Source: Azolla caroliniana
Lineage: Eukaryota > Plantae > Polypodiophyta
Length of the DNA: 64,000 bases
Assembly: GCA_043228905.1 (NCBI GenBank)
Contig: JBHGNT010000012.1
Span: 8,804,001 to 8,868,000, forward strand
Direction: 5' to 3'
Below, in pieces: positions 62,680-64,000 of this stretch (position 1 is the first letter of the stretch; each line of letters begins with the position of its first letter). The notes beneath the pieces are model-generated. The model was not told the origin of the DNA. It ran no database searches and saw nothing but the letters and a program-made list of their open reading frames with translations. A program made the translations under genes and the position numbers.

Positions 62680-64000
62680 TTATACACATCTCATGCCTGC
62701 CAACATTGTCCATTCCACCATTGGTAAATGAAAGTGGAAATGGGTCTCTCATCTTTGTGTTAGCTTATTGGTACAATATTAAACCACACATTGTTGGTTT
62801 TACTAACCGAATAAATATGAAATCAAGTATGTTGCTAACCTCTTCACAAACATGCTCATAATAATTCACATTCATTATATATCTACTTTAGTTGATGAGT
62901 ATTCCATATTCTTTTAATCAAAGTCTACATATATAGAATTGATAACCAAATCCCTTCATATCCTCATACCACCATGCAAACAAATCTTTATATATTGAAG
63001 AAGTGTTACCAAATTCTAATTTACCTTCATTTTGTGCTTTTCTTAGGACCAATATTAAGCTTTCGGGGGAAATCTTTGTCCTCATCTGGTAGGATGATGA
63101 TTCACCTGCCCTAGTAATCATATTTAGTTGTTAATAATACAAGATCATTAATGGTTCTATGTTGTTTGCTTCCTTGTCCTATACCGTGTAACATCAGACA
63201 TGTTCCCATATGAAATGTACCTCTTTTGAGCTGAACATGGTTAGATTAGGATTTTCGAAGACTACAACCTTGACATTTCCGACCTTCTAAACCTTTGAAC
63301 ATGTTTACGCATTCAACATAGGCATGCCAATTCTCTTTAGCATCAACTCCAACTTTGAAAGAATAGTGTTACATTTTCCAAACTTAAATTTGTTCATTTT
63401 GTCAATTGGGTTGTATTTTGATCGTTTGAAGCCCTTGTTTGCATACCAACAAAATACAATTTGGATCATCTATAGGAATGCAAGCCTAACATTTGTGTTA
63501 GTGTAAAAACATTTATCTAGGGAACCTCAAACACGTCTTTATATCTTGTTAGAGAATATATGTACAAGTTAGTGTGTTAGTGTAAGGCTGCATTGAATAA
63601 AATATTACCTTTGTAAAAGTTGTATAAGCACCTTTTTGTGGTATACAAAGAGTAGCCTCTTCATACTTTACATGTTCACGTTTCGTTGTGATAGGGCGCG
63701 TGCAAAAGGAGAATGGAGACAAAATGTCAAGTTTTACAATGGGTCAATTGGTCAAAGTTAGCACTTTTTAAGGAGAAGTGGCAAGGCAAAGATTAACCTA
63801 ATGATAAAGCACATCTTGAATGATAATACTAGCTAGCCATTGGAAGAACAAGGTCAAGTGCTTGAAACCTATTAAAGGTGGCGATGGGGGAAAGGTTATT
63901 TAGCCCTCCACACAATCGCAAAGTGTGCATATCTTCTCTAGTGGTATCAGTTGTACACCTCTATGCGACTACTTAGAGCATCAAATCCAACCGCCTTCAG
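62680..64000 (-). mobile_element. Heavily decayed Gypsy (Athila/Tat-type) pol fragment
   Basis: YKDLFAWWYEDMKG, MNVNYYEHVCEEVSNIL and RDPFPLSFT...DNVGRHE resemble the RT N-terminal consensus (KDVFAWSY.DMKG, DPFPLPF). Confidence 0.7.

Overview
Plant nuclear, repeat-dense DNA, almost entirely nested transposons; the TE spectrum suggests a non-seed plant, probably a fern (inference). An old Tnt1/Tork-like Copia (1-730, 30194-31473, probably also 45826-47657) is split by a 29.5-kb TIR-bounded insertion (731-30193; CCCGGGGGCTTCA TIRs, 8-bp TSD). That insertion carries an RPS12 retrocopy and hosts two younger elements. The first is an 11.6-kb Sola2-like DNA transposon (6635-18213; 25-bp TIRs, ATAA TSD). 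It encodes a spliced transposase, an intact 5-exon RING-H2 gene and an FCP1/NIF-like HAD-phosphatase ORF, and has arrays of the 14-bp palindrome TAGCTAATTAGCTA filling two introns. The second is a full-length L1-type LINE (18253-30058) interrupted by a young Copia (24196-29735). Downstream lie solo LTRs, three truncated Gypsy elements (two share an uncharacterised extra ORF), a Tcn1-like chromovirus whose LTRs contain an antisense tRNA-like module and whose PBS looks self-priming, and decayed gene and Gypsy remnants. The strongest candidates for something undescribed are the cargo-bearing Sola2-like element with its palindrome arrays and the tRNA-like modules in LTRs. All calls were made by eye; no database search was run.
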